Below are positions 11,701 through 26,100 of a DNA stretch of 64,000 nucleotides, piece by piece; position 1 is the first letter of the stretch, and every line of letters begins with the position of its first letter. The stretch covers positions 384,686 through 448,685 of the forward strand of contig NMRA01000097.1 in the NCBI GenBank assembly GCA_002633005.1. The letters are read 5' to 3'. The notes under the pieces are model-generated. The model ran no database searches, was not told the origin of the DNA, and was given only the letters and a program-made list of their open reading frames with translations. Made by a program: the position numbers and the translations under genes. The stretch is from Phoronis australis (taxonomy: Eukaryota; Animalia; Phoronida).

Positions 11701-14700
11701 TTACGTTACACATTTGGTGGTTGTTATGAAAAGTTATGATGACTACCTATTTTCTATGCCAATGTAGTTGCATAAACATCAACACATTTGAATAAGATAT
11801 GATTAAGCAATAAGGCCCAAGTTATAAGCAATCACAGTGTGTCAATAAAAGTATTTTTGCTTGAATGACGCACTTCTAAAAATATTCCTTAGGGTCGGAC
11901 CCTGGAGTTTAGTGATTCCTACCTGAGCTCACACGAAGCTGGACGTTGAACCTTGACTTAACGTCTTTGGTCATTTTTCAGACCTCTATCAGATTTCTCC
12001 TCTAGGGTGCAGTGGATGTTCTCAGTGTCTTTGGCGACGCCAATATATCTCGAGTGTTGTAACGATGATTCGGTTAAGTCAATCTAATACGGTAGATTAT
12101 GTAGCTCCTGCACACCTGCCTCCAAGGCAAACACTGACTGAGACTGACTACTTCTCAGGAGGACACGTTCCACCCCCACATCAGCTCCATGTACTCTTAT
12201 AAGGTGCTCAAATGTCTCACTTTATACCTTGTGCATTTCCCAAGAGTTTCCAACGTTCTTTCTCTCCGCAATTTGTGGAAATACCACAATTCGATTCGGC
12301 AGTGCCAGCTTAATAGATAAATTCGCAAACCCGCGCTTTAGGTCAGCCATCATTCAACTAACGCATTGTAAGCTTTAGTTTGGTATTCAGACGAATTGGG
12401 TGAACAAATTTAGTATAATTTCATGATTTATTTGGAAATGCTAATGTCCTTAAAATTAATTAAAAACATTTAAGCATACCAATTGTTTTAATTGTTATAT
12501 TATACCACGGCATATTAATGCATAGAAACGGCGCACAACTAGTGACTGGTTTAACATGACAAATACCCATACGCGGTCTGAAAATAGTGAAATTCAGACA
12601 CCTATTACCAAGCCTGCATGAAGGGCTGACAAAGTTTTTATTGTATTAATTTCAAGGGCATGGAGTCTTCTACATGCCCATGTTTTTATTTTTAGTTTTC
12701 TCGCGGGGGCAGCTTCGCAATAAGGGTACAACTTACTGCTGGTTTTTCACAAGACGGAAATGGGAGTCTACGGAAACAGTTTCAGTGTTACCATGGTAAC
12801 CGATATTGCAGTGTCGATGCCGTTTTTACTGACATTGGTCATGAGCCTATCATGTAATATCAAAATTGTTTAGAAACGATTCTGTTTGAAGCAGAAACTG
12901 GAGTAGAAAATTTGGTCAAAAATGACTCATTCCACACCAAGAAATTGCCTCATTTTGCCTCCCAGAACACTTCCCTTGTATCTCCTAAACCACCAAACTT
13001 TGTGGTGTCATACTTCACCCATTTTCTCTCATCCCTAATGTGATTTATCAGACTAAACATGGATGTGAATGGCTGACCCCCCACCTTGCCGCTTGTTGGC
13101 TGTACAGTGGTCGGTGGATCCGTGGACTGACACTTAATTTTCACACACACGCGCACACGCACACACCATCACTTTTTGCACCATTTACTTTGGTTCTGCA
13201 ACTGAAACTAAAAAAATCACCTGGTCACATTTAATTCCAGTTAAATCCTGGAATTTAATCTACCAACTGTATCATTAACTGGAACAAACAACCAGGCCTT
13301 TTGTTTGATCTTTGCACAAACATAACTAAGACATTAACCACTGTGGGAACAATTCATTCAATGAATGCCTTTGGTTAGCTCTTTGGAAATATTGAAGATA
13401 ATTGGTATAACAGCTGCCATAGCTGACGATGGATACCTGACCAACTTAATAATAGGACAGATCATATCCCAGTCCCAACACTGCTCTGTTGACTACAAGG
13501 ACTCTGAACAAAAGATAGAGGCAACAAGGTCATGGACAATGTTAACTTTTATCCCTGCAATAGAGGTATTTTCATTTTGGAACTGTTTAAAGTACATGTA
13601 TAAATGAGACCAAGAAAGCAACTCAGATTTGGTGGACAAAAATTCACAACTACCGTATTTGCCCTAATAAGCGCCCAAAATTTTCCCAACAAGTGTTTCA
13701 GACTTCGTTAAAAGCGCCCAGCCCATGGACGTGTGCCTTTCTTAAATTCTGCAGTAACATCTTCAATTTATCAATAATATCCGACAGTCCTGAAAACAAT
13801 TATAGTCCGCGCCAAATTTCTAGACCACAAGCCTCGCCGCTGTGTCGGTATTTAGCCGTGAATATACTGTACACTTCAAACTTCGGCAGTGCTTCAAAAA
13901 GAATTAATTTAAAAATTTTGCAGATCACACGAGGTATATGTCCCATTATGGTATGGCTTTTCAGAACAGAATGCGTACTTGTCAACGGAAGTGAATCTCG
14001 CCATCTGTCGGCAAGTTTTCGCCCTGGGATTTCAACACGATTTTTTAATAAAGGATTGTAATTTAATGACGAAGTTTGATAGCAATGTACCACGTTTTTG
14101 TGGAAAGTCGATCTGTCGTAGGCTTCTAAGTGTCCTAGGCGCTTACTAGGGCTAATACGGTGTCTATAAATGAGACCAAGAAAGCAACTTGGATTTAGTG
14201 GACAGAAAGTCATAACTATATAGCTGTCCATTAATTTAAAAGCAGCCATTGTCAACCCCTCCCATTGTTAATTTACCTAATTACATGGCGAATTATTGTA
14301 TCTGCCATCAATTGAAATTTCATCAAGTATGTTGCTCTGACATCAAGTTTTTTTGTCTGCACTCTACATACAGGTTGCACTATTTGAATTTCAGGCCTCA
14401 CTTTTGAGGCCTGAAATTCAATTTTTTGCCTAGGTCATTTAAATAAGAATAAGTCATTTTAAATAATAAGCTGATTTTTCAACTTCTGTTTTTTACACTA
14501 AGATTCATATTTCGATGGAACAACCTCAATTTTCACAAATCCAAGTAAATCTGTCGAGATTTACTCGTACTTCCTTCGATTGATAACATTTTGAGGTAGT
14601 TATTGTAGGCCATATCCCACCACTTCACGAACATTTTCCAAACCACATATTTCTTACAATATTCCTCTGGACATGAGTACATATACATGTATTTTTACAT

Positions 14701-17700
14701 GGTATTATTTTTGAATGTGTCAGTCGCCAAATCTGGCGTTTGTGGCCCCATCGTGTGACATCGAAATATTATTTTATTAATAATTTTACCATGAGTTCCT
14801 CATTAGCTGATGGAATTTTCTACTAATATAAGTAAAAACTGAGCCTGAAATTCAGTAGAAAAATATCTAAGGAAATTAATCCTTAGATTGCAAGAAAATA
14901 TCCCTAGTCATTTTCAATGATCTTGAGAATTCAACTATTACCTCATTTTGTTTGAAAGCCAAATATTGGCTTACTTGAGAGATTCAAACAACAAAATTTA
15001 AGGAGGGTCGGTGTTTACACAAACCCACGAATACGCATTTGATGTTGTTGAGTCCCTATTTTGGACCGTTTCATGCAACCATGTACTACAGGCTCTCCGC
15101 TAGACGTATGGGCTTCTCGACGGCTGTTCGGCAAAGCATTTGCGAGCTGCACTGTATATTCCCTTGCACTTACTTGCTCCTGTTCCATCACGTATACGGT
15201 CAACAACGTTTTTGTCAGAGTGCGTGTAAATACCATCTACGACACCAGGGCTTGTGCAATCTTGGCCGTCAAAACGAATCGAGTATCGCAGAGACCCATA
15301 TCCGTCCAACATGATATTGGATTGAAAGAAAACGCGAATGGCAGAGTCCGCTGCTCTCTTAAAATAGTGGTACGTCTGGAATACATTGAGAGACAGTGTG
15401 AGGCAAGAAAAGGCAACAAAGGAATTTCAAAGTAGATGGCTGCGTACGGCCATTCCAAAAAGTAATCCGAACAACTGCTCACTGAATATTATATAGGAAG
15501 AAACAGCTCTGAAACAAACATTTCGAAACTAGTGTAAGTGAAAGTCATTTCTGCCAAAACAATAACGTTGCCGTTTCATGGCGTATTTAAATCCGCATTA
15601 CTTTCCACCGTTTCGCTGCACGAGTATTTACGGGCAGGAACCTAAGCTATAAATCACTCAAGTACATGCAGATTTGTCACTCGAAGTCCATGTTGCGGAT
15701 GATTCCAATGGTTCCTCTTCTCAGTCCGTCAACGTAATGTTAAAAATATATGCAGGCTGTCTGCTACAGACGTGCTAAGGAACTATTTCTGTGCTTTATT
15801 AATATACAGTTAAAACAGAGCTGAGGAGCAAGAAATCTGAACCAGAGGTCTAGCAATGTGGCCCCGTGGGACTTGAACCCACGACCTCGAGTTAAGAAGG
15901 CGGGCAAGTATCCCACTACGCCACACAGCCTCCTTAAATGTTATGTTAACTACAACCATGCTATTCCAAATAACCGCGTTAACTTGTATATGTAGTCTTT
16001 TGTGAAAACCCATTACTCTGTAATCTAATCTCGTAATAAAGCTAATGAATCAATAAGAGTTTTACTTTTTCACTTTCACTCAGAAAACAAGATCACTGCA
16101 TCAGGAACCACGTTACGCTTTCTTTATTGGTTAATGTTCTAAGAAATTTTACTGGTAATAGTGGGTTTGATTTGCTATAATCTTTATAAAAAAACATGTT
16201 ATTGTAGCAAACGGTGTTCGGGTAGCTGTAATAAAATGAAACTGAAATTGAAGTGATTTTTTGCTGGTAACCCATTGCAACTGACATTTTGTGTGTTCAA
16301 GTCATCACACATTTGCAAAATTCAACTTTTGAGCATAATATTGGCATCCAATCCCGAACGGAAAATAGCTCTTAAAATGAGCTTCCAGTGCATGAGAACC
16401 TAACATTTTGATTTATCGCTCAAGAGCAATGGATACTTCCTTAGGCATTACAATTCCACGAAGGCGGCTGGCGACCATCTTAGATTTATCAGTGACAAGT
16501 GAGCAAAATTCGTTTTGCCATACAATGTTATACCTGAAAAACTCAAGAAGTAGTGTCAATACATTTGTAAAAATACCCTTAAATATTTGAGCTCACAGCA
16601 CAGTAAAGGAAAAGAAAAAAACTTGACTTTCAACGGTTGGGTTTTCGTCAATCGGCGCAAAACCCCGCATGACTTAGCCCTACCCCGAAAAACCGAGAAT
16701 TTTACGGAGATTCCGCCTCCTCAATTGAAACGTCTATTGTAGGAAAACTAACACTTGAAAATCGATGCCCCTCCGTTCCTAGGTCCTCTGGCCCTCACTC
16801 AGTAAAGGAAAAGAAAAACACTTGACTTTCAACGTTTGGGTTTTCGTCAATCGGCGCAAAACCCCGCACAACTTTGCCCTACCCCGAAAAACCGCATTTC
16901 CAATGGAGAATGTGCGGCAAAATGTGACCTTGACATCCAATCACAAAAATAGTGTCAGAATCGATTTTAGCATACTTGATATCCTGTAAGCATTTATTGT
17001 GACTTGCCTATTTCAATATGGCCCATGACGCCTATCTTGGATTTGAGGGTTATGCCAGCAAAATCCAGACCGGCATACAGTTTTTTTAAATTCAGCACTC
17101 CAAAATTAGTTAAANAAGGAAATTAATCCTTAGATTGCAAGAAAATATCCCTAGTCATTTTCAATGATCTTGAGAATTCAACTATTACCTCATTTTGTTT
17201 GAAAGCCAAATAGTGGCTTACTTGAGAGATTCAAACAACAAAATTTAAGGAGGGTCGGTGTTTACACAAACCCACGAATACGCATTTGATGTTGTTGAGT
17301 CCCTATTTTGGACCGTTTCATGCAACCATATACTACAGGCTCTCCGCTAGACGTATGGGCTTCTCGACGGCTGTTCGGCAAAGCATTTGCGAGCTGCACT
17401 GTATATTCCCTTGCACTTACTTGCTCCTGTTCCATCACGTATACGGTCAACAACGTTTTTGTCAGAGTGCGTGTAAATACCATCTACGACACCAGGGCTT
17501 GTGCAATCTTGGCCGTCAAAACGAATCGAGTATCGCAGAGACCCATATCCGTCCAACATGATATTGGATTGAAAGAAAACGCGAATGGCAGAGTCCGCTG
17601 CTCTCTTAAAATAGTGGTACGTCTGGAATACATTGAGAGACAGTGTGAGGATGAAAAGGCAACAAAGGAATTTCAAAGTAGATGGCTGCGTACGGCCATT

Positions 17701-20149
17701 CCAAAAAGTAATCCGAACAACTGCTCACTGAATATTATATAGGAAGAAACAGCTCTGAAACAAACATTTCGAAACTAGTGTAAGTGGACGTCATTTCTGC
17801 CAAAACAATGACGTTGCCGTTTCATGACGTATTTAAATCTGCATTACTTTCCACCGTTTCGCTGCACGAGTATTTACGGGCAGGAACCTAAGATGTCAAT
17901 CACTCAAGTAGATTTGTCACTCGAAGTCCATGTTGCGGATGATTCCTATGGTTCCTCTCCTCAGTCTGTCAACGTAATGTTAAAAATATATGCAGGCTGT
18001 CTGCTACAGACGTGCGAAGGAACTATTTCTGTGCCTTATTAATATATAGTTAAAACAGAGCTGAGGAGCAAGAAATCTGAACCAGGGGTCTAGCAATGTG
18101 GCCCCGTGGGACTTGAACCCACGACCTCGAGTTAAGAAAGCGGGCAAGTATCTCACTACGCCACACTGCCTCCTTAAATGTTATGTTAACTACAACCATG
18201 GTATTCCAAATAACTGCGTTAATATACATGTATATTAAGCGGGTTTAAAATCAGGGTGTATGGTATGACGCTTTCACAATGCAAGTAACAAGCGAAACAA
18301 TTGACACTAAGACAAAAAATGTTATTCAAGTTTTTGCCTCTTAAATAATTATGTTTTACGACCCTTGACTTGTAGAATATCTGACAAGTAAGCCAACGAA
18401 AAGCAATCTACAACTAATTGGTGACTTGAAATTAAAGTGATGTACAGTAACGGTCTTGACTGCAGAGTACACTTGCGTTAATGCAGATCCAATGATTGAT
18501 TTTAACTAATTTTGCGGTGCTGAATCAAAATATGTTTGCCGGGCTGGATTTTTCTGACATAATTCTCCATTCCAAGATGGCGACAATCGACCGTATTGGA
18601 ATGAGAATGTCACAATAAATGCCTTTTGAAATGAGTATGATACATCCAAATATAGGTTTTCAGGCATGATAAAAATCAATTCTGGTACAATTTTTGTGAT
18701 TGGAGGTCAAAGTCACCACGGGCTGTTCCAGCGTGACCTGTGGTTGTCGAAAAGCTGGATTCCGGTGGATTGATGGGAGCAAGTGTATGGATTTTCTGCC
18801 ACATTGCCAGAATTCCAGTGAGTGAGAGATTATTTAGTAGTTGGATACTATAACGCTGGAGGTTTTTGTCGTAGTCCTTTGTGAAAACCCATTACTCTGT
18901 AATCTAATCCGTTATAAAGCTAATGAATCAATAAGAGTTTTACTTTTACACTTTCACTCAGAAAGCAAGATCACTGCATGAGGAACCACGTTACGCTTCA
19001 TTATTGCTTAATGTTCTAAGAATTTTTTAATGATAATAGTGGGCTTGATTTGCTATAATCTTTATAAAAAACATGTTACTGTAGCAAACGATGTTCGGGT
19101 AGCTGTAATAAAATGAAACTGAAATAGAAGTGATTTGTTTGCTGGTAACCCATTGCAACTGACATTTTGTGTGTTCAAGTCATCACACATTTGCAAAATT
19201 CAACTTTTGAGCATAATATTGGCATCCAATCCCGAACGTAAAATAGCTCTTAAAATGAGCTTCCAGTGCATGAGAACCTAACATTTTGATATATCGCTCG
19301 AGAGCTATGGATACTTCCTTAGGCATTACAATTCCACGAAGGTGGCTGGCGACCATCTTAGATTTATCGGTGACAAGTGAGCAAAATTCATTTTGCCATA
19401 CAATGTTATGCCTGAAAAACTCTAGAAGTAGTCTCGATACATGTGTAAAAATGCCCTTAAATATTTGAGCTCACAGCATTTCCAATGGAGAATGTGCGGC
19501 AAAATGTGACCTTGATATCCAATCACAAAACAGTGTCAGAATCGATTTATTATACTTGAAATCCTGTAAGCATTTATTGTGACTTGCCTATTTCAATATG
19601 GCCCATGACGCTTATCTTGGATTTGAGGGTTATGCCAGCAAAATCCAGACCGGAATACATTTTTTTAAATTCAGCACTCCAAAATTAGTAAAAATAAATC
19701 GTCAGTTCTGCATTACTCCCTGATGCCCTCGACATCACTTTCTGAGGCCTTTATGAAAATTGGAATAGGACTAAAAGAATTGCAAGCATTAATAAGACAC
19801 TCTTAACACTATCGCCACCGTGATGGTGACGACCCCTGCCTGCTCTGAGTCTAGTTCAGATGTGTTATTATCAACCTAGTGAACACTGACTTGGGCAAGT
19901 GGACCACTCGATATACAGCAGGACAAGGTGGTGCTAATAAAGAATTGTTTCACTGCTTAATAATAATATGTACTGAAAGTCCCTGGAGTAACCGACTGTT
20001 AAGAAGAATAACGTAGCACAAAGTAACACGAGAAGCGTCGGCTCCAATATATATTAAAACATTTCCAACGTTTCAAGCGGTACGCTTTTTACCAAGACTA
20101 TGAAAGACTGACTATTAAATAGTATACTTTATAAAGAAGCGGTCACACT

Positions 20150-20199
<50 letters not shown>

Positions 20200-23100
20200 T
20201 ATGTATATATATACAGTGTAATACATGTATCTATTCCACACTCTGTATCACGCCCTTGATAAAGAGCGTACCGTGCAAAAGTGGGAAATACTTTGATATA
20301 TTTCAGTACCAACGCATGTCGATTTAATTTTTACATGTATTATTTAACTTCAGATTACATTAAGTGGACCTCTATGAACAGAAACCTTGTTAAACTATAG
20401 CCGCCACCCAGTGAAACTTGGGTCGCCCACACACGAGACTAGGGTTTCATCCGTCAACTTGAATATGTGTAACTACTAGGTAGAGTGAACTCACCAATTC
20501 ATCTGTGTTCCCCCCAAAATGGAATGGAGAGTAAGAGTGGTTCAACCCCATTGCTCTCAAAATGTCTGGGCTAGATTGACAAATGGTTCTTAATATGCCA
20601 TTTCAAATAATGTCAGCATTAACAAAAGCCCGTGTTTATTCACAAGAGTGACATGTGGACGGGTTTGGAGTCTATTTAAAATTGATAAGGATTTTAGTCT
20701 TAGGAACTTTCGAAGGCTACCCGCGAATTAATTAATTCGAAAACAGGGCCAGTAATTAAGAAAAGTTAACCTTCATATTAAAACAAAGTATTACATCTAT
20801 TGCAAAACTTGGAAATCTTTGTTATCAACGATCAACCCTGCATCGGCAGGCCAGCGAACACAAGGTCTGAGGAAAAAAATCTTCCTTATCCAAGTGACCG
20901 AAATTATTCACTAACTCATGCCACCAAATGTACATTTTACTCGCCACATGGTCTTTCAAGAGAAATATGCATTTTATGATTGGGTCTATTAAAGCACAGT
21001 GTAATAAATAAGCTGTTTATTCATTCTACCTAGTTTTACACCACGGAAGGGCAAACCCGCTGTATATGCACAACTCGAAACCGTGGACTCATGTATTGAA
21101 AGTGCAGGTGTCTATATCTGCGATCTGTTGACGTATTTTGCCTCTTGACAATTTGGCGTGAACTGTCATCTCTAATATCTTTCCCTTAAATCAGGCAGCT
21201 CGGCTGGCGGCTCCCCCCATCTGCGTTGTTCCTTACGTAAATAAGGCCGTTGTTCCTTGCAAGCCTTTCATCCCAAGTGTATTGTTTGATGTTGAATCTG
21301 GACAGTTTCGGACAGGTTCCTGAAGCGAAAAGTCACCTCTGTCAAGTGCTATACAGTTAAGTTGTTCGGAAACGTTACTCTAGCTAAATACATGTATATT
21401 GCCGGTTACGAAATACATTTTAAAATCAAAGCTAAACATAACTACATGTACATGTAATTGAACGAGCGCATGTAAACATACAACTCACTTAGGGGAAGAC
21501 AGAAAAAAGGAGAGCCCTGCTAGGGCGTGAATGGTGAAGCTTGGACCAGAGGCAGCGGGAGTGAAGAGGAGGGGATGCAGGAGAAAGAACGAGAAGTAGG
21601 GACAAACGGCAAGTTTAGACGAGTTGACGAACGGATCGATCATAAGACAAATACGCAATACGAAGGAGACGATGACGTAGAATGGAAAATTGTCCCGCAG
21701 CTTTGTTTGGAGAACGACGCAGGACCGCTATAGCTGCAACACAGAGCACTCAGTTTAGACGGACAAGGAAAATACACGTGTGTGAATGATTGTACGCCGG
21801 TGCCTACACCCAAGGATTGACCATGAGAACACAAATTGAGGTTGATTAGATATAGGTTGTTGTTGACAATCTGAATAGATTTAAGAGTCACTGCATGAGA
21901 ACGTCAAGCAATTGGCAATATTCTGGGAACATGACATGTCACGAATATTAAATTTGATATAGTATACATTTCACTAGTGGTGACTTAGCTACAAGAATAT
22001 AAAAACATAATTTTGTCTTTCGCCACGTTGTAAATGTATAAAGAATAACAAAATCGGGTGAAAATTGGACGTAACCCCTTTTGCGCGATTTGTTAAAAAT
22101 GCCTTAGGTTTCCATCTGAATTAAACCAGACGTTTAAAAATCAAAATTTGATTGAGTTATAAATTACTATTCTTTTTGAAATTGAGAATGTCAAAAGTAA
22201 ATCAGAATGACGTATTTTGATATTTTTAAGGAACTTTTGAAGCCTTGCCTCCACGGGCAAAAACCAGCTACCCATTTAGACCTAATGTGCATAGAGACCT
22301 ATGTAATTCAAGCACGCAAAATCGCTCACCACCCACACGTGGGTTTTGTGATAGTTACAGCTATTGCCTTTGACAAGATATCTTTATTTCCGTGGACAGC
22401 ACCTTTTTAATTCTCGAATTTACACTTTAGCGAAGGCACTTTCACCGCTTTCACCTGTTTCATACAGCCACCATTAGAGGACAACAAAGCAGGAAACATG
22501 AAAATTTTCATTCAAAGTTGAAGTCATAAAAAATCATATTAAATTTATTCAAGATAACCAGAATCGGTTCCGGCGTTCTTTTAGGGAAATATTGCGTTAT
22601 TGACATTTAGCTAAGAAACGGAATGAGGTTCACGAAAATAGGTCACGCTCTGAAGCAAAATGGCAACAACCAGCGAGCCGCTGTGTTACTTGCAACAGAG
22701 ATATACTCAGTTACCTGAAATGTGTCAACGTACTAGATCACTTGAAAGAATGGGGGTTGAATGACAATCTGCCACGAAAACGAGTGCGAGAGACAAAAGA
22801 ACTGGCCTGTCTGTTTGAACAAAAGATCGTATGTCAAAAGCAACCTATGTGGCAGTATCCAGGTTGTAAGGTGTACCTTTGGAGCCTCAGGAATGCAAAG
22901 GATGTTCACCACTCAATCCCGGGATTACGTCAACTGAATAACTTCTCATTTGAAGGTGAGCTACGTAAACAATTGAAAGTAAGGCCGGTATGCAATTACA
23001 GAGACTCATTTTTCTCAGAAATCTCACTCTGATACCATACCATCTCAGAACCAGTTTCTGATATGTACATGTACGTGGCCTAAAGCAGAAGTTAAATATG

Positions 23101-26100
23101 TCATAGTATGGAATATTCTTTCATCGATGTAGATTGATTTTTAAAAAGGACTCGCATTCTAATTCTTACAAGTTAATCACTTATTTCAACAGGGAATGTG
23201 GTTGCTCGGAAAGCATATTGGTTCGGAGATGGGATGGTTTTGGAGAATCCTGCTTCTGATTGCAAACCAGTGGAACTAGTGGTTGAGGAATGTCATGCTG
23301 CAACCTCATTGAGACCTTTCACTTGTTCCAGTATTTGAAAGACAAAGGTATTCATGTGTCTAAAAGATGACTGTAACAGCAGTTCTGAGCACCAGCCGCA
23401 ACAATTTTAATGCACATGTAATTCAGATTTCGAGCCTTGAAAATCTAAAAGATCTTGTTGACATCGTTTTTTGTTACTCATAAATCTTTAGAACTTTGTT
23501 GGTTTGTTAATGGGAGTGTGACAGTAATGGCGAACAGGACGACCGATATCAGCAAAGTGGGTGGCTTCAATCGAAGCATGCAGGACACACAGGTCGCTGT
23601 GCAGAAATGTTTTAATAGATATGCAGTTGGCCCGCAGGTTAACCACTGTACACCTTTTATATTTAAGTGTTAAAACTTTGTTAAAATCAACAATAGTGCC
23701 ATGAAAGCAAAGGAAATTGTAGCACCTCCTTGGGCGCGACAAGTTTAAAGCCCATCTCTGGTGTCACGAAATTTTGCCGTCATTTCGGTTTTCACTTTAG
23801 CATCACAGTACATCAATGTCTAATAAAAACTAAAAACTTGTTAATTTAATCAACGTAGATGCCAAATTTTGCAATCAAGTGGATTTTTGACTGATTTCGC
23901 TTTAAATGAACATCAAAGTGAGGGCGCCCCCACTATTATTTGTAATTATAAGAGGGGAGCTCGTCTCCACTCCATGTGTCCAGATTCCAGAGTCCACATT
24001 TCACATTGAACGGCTACCTTCATTTGGGGTGCTGTGATGTAACCGGGGGGGCGCTGCTAATTTTAAACCCATGTCAGCATGTCAGTTATGATGTGGACAC
24101 TACTTACGATGTGGACGCTACTCATGATCTGTTGAACGTTTTCGTGGAACGAGAGAGCGACACCTTCATTAAACATCGTATTCTATTGTTACTAAATGAC
24201 TTTGAGTGGATTGTCTTAGTGTTCAGATTTGAATTGCATAAAACGTCTAGCTAAAACAAGTAATTCAGTGTATTGTACACTAAAGCAAAACGTACTTTGA
24301 CCACCAACGCTGTTCTTGAACTTTTCTTACCTGGGCAATGTCCCCATATTTGGTCGATGTCGTAATTAGGGGTGGTCGCACACCATGATTGATTGGGATC
24401 TCTCTCAATGCACGCACTGTACGACAGGCCCTTGTAAACGAACGGGAACGTGCACGGTGAACCACCGGCATTGCCGCCATAAGTTGGCAGGTCGGTATCT
24501 GTGGAAAATATCTCAATACGTTTCATGGAATACCTTAAGTGCACGTCCACGAGTAGAACAGACAAAAATTATCAGAGCTATGTCATAGATTTTCTTCAAA
24601 GTTGTGTGATGATAGTCGTTAACCCTCCAACTCTCGTATCCAGTGTGGGCCACCTTGTGTTTGCTATGGGAACAATTTGCTTTTCTGCCAAATCCAAGCC
24701 CAGTTGCAGCTACAATTTGGGAAAGTTTGGGAACTTACCTTGAAAGCAAGAGGGCAAGGTTGGCCTTAGCCCAACTAAAAACACAACAAGTATTGACAAT
24801 TACACTTCTTCATATTGTGTCGGGCTCTCGACGTGCGAAGCTGCGAAATTGGAGCTCGACCACGTTTATGCTTGCATGCCGCAGGCATACATGGGCGATA
24901 GTATATCCCCATAAGAGTTGCTCATTTCGAAATACAGCAAATAATATCAAATAAAAAATGCATATGTGTACATAGAGTAATAATTAACACACACATGTAC
25001 CATGACTCTGGATACGATTAAGTCTACAAATAACTTGAACATATCCATGAAACTTTGCGGTTCGCTCGAAATTCTCTCACCCGGTGCTATCTTTAGGAAG
25101 TTACGTGAAATCACGCCTGTTGACGAATAAAAAGACCAAGGGACACATATCTCACAAATTTCACTTGATATCTTTCCATGCTACTTTGCAAATGTCACGC
25201 GCCTTGTCACGAGCTCTGATCAATCTTGCGCTAGCCTTTGCCTCATTCTCACCTGCCTCAGTTGATACCCTTAGTGGTTATTGCGTGCGAGTGAAGGAAT
25301 TAACAGTAACCAAAGTCACCTGTATTATTGTAGCTATGCTTCATCGAAGAAATGTTTACAAGCAGAAAGGATCACTTGAAAAAGTAAGTGATATTTTTAA
25401 GTGTAGAATGTATTTTTGACGAGGTGAAAACTTAATCAGTGAGCTGAGCGAATTTCGCCTACCGCTCGTTTAAAATACACAGCACGAAATTACTTCAGAA
25501 CACGATGGAACGTATTGTAGTGTGAATTTGAATTACATCTGCCTTGTAGCAGCAATGCTTGTTTGGCATTTTTCACACTAAAAGTTTAAAACTCGAAGTA
25601 AACTGAACAGAGTCCACTCTGCTACAGTATCGGCAAATGGCTAATCCACAAGCTTTTGCCCTACTTCCAGTGACGTCATAGTTAAGTCTCACATAATCTC
25701 GCGTTATTGTTATTAACTCCCAAAAGGATTATTGCCGATTATGGAAACTTAACGACGCACTGTTCAAAAACTTTGATTAGGGAGTATTTTGGCTATGACT
25801 GTATTCTTGTGAAGCTAAATAATAACGTTATGTTTGCTAATATTTTCACAATTGTTTTAGATTTCCATGGCGGTGTTCTTGGAAGACCATACGCATCAAA
25901 ACAGTCGCACCACCTCAGTGATCGTATTGGCCTGTTTACACCCACATTGGTAGAGCTTCATACGTTCCATTACTTAATTCAAAAACAATGCTTCCGTTTG
26001 AAACAAGTAGAAACCCACAAATTCATGTAGCCATTTGTTCAAGCCAATTAAGGTAAAGCTTATTTAATCTGCTGTAAGTTTCAAAAGGTACATGTAGACG

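Larger units (their letters stand above)
14869..19690. repeat. Near-identical tandem duplication (14869-17114 vs 17116-~19690) joined at a single N; probably two haplotypes assembled in tandem
   Basis: The boundary coincides exactly with N17115. The copies differ by SNPs and two large indels. Confidence 0.85.

Noticed and set aside
15859-15930. Functional tRNA gene
   Set aside because: The anticodon stem cannot pair and the acceptor stem is mismatched, so it is called a pseudogene or SINE head.
21488-21733. Segment with a good minus-strand acceptor (gtgttgcag) and donor (gtgagt), plus a 68-aa plus-strand ORF
   Set aside because: All three minus frames hit stops, the plus ORF has no recognisable motif, and the gene model splices in phase without it.
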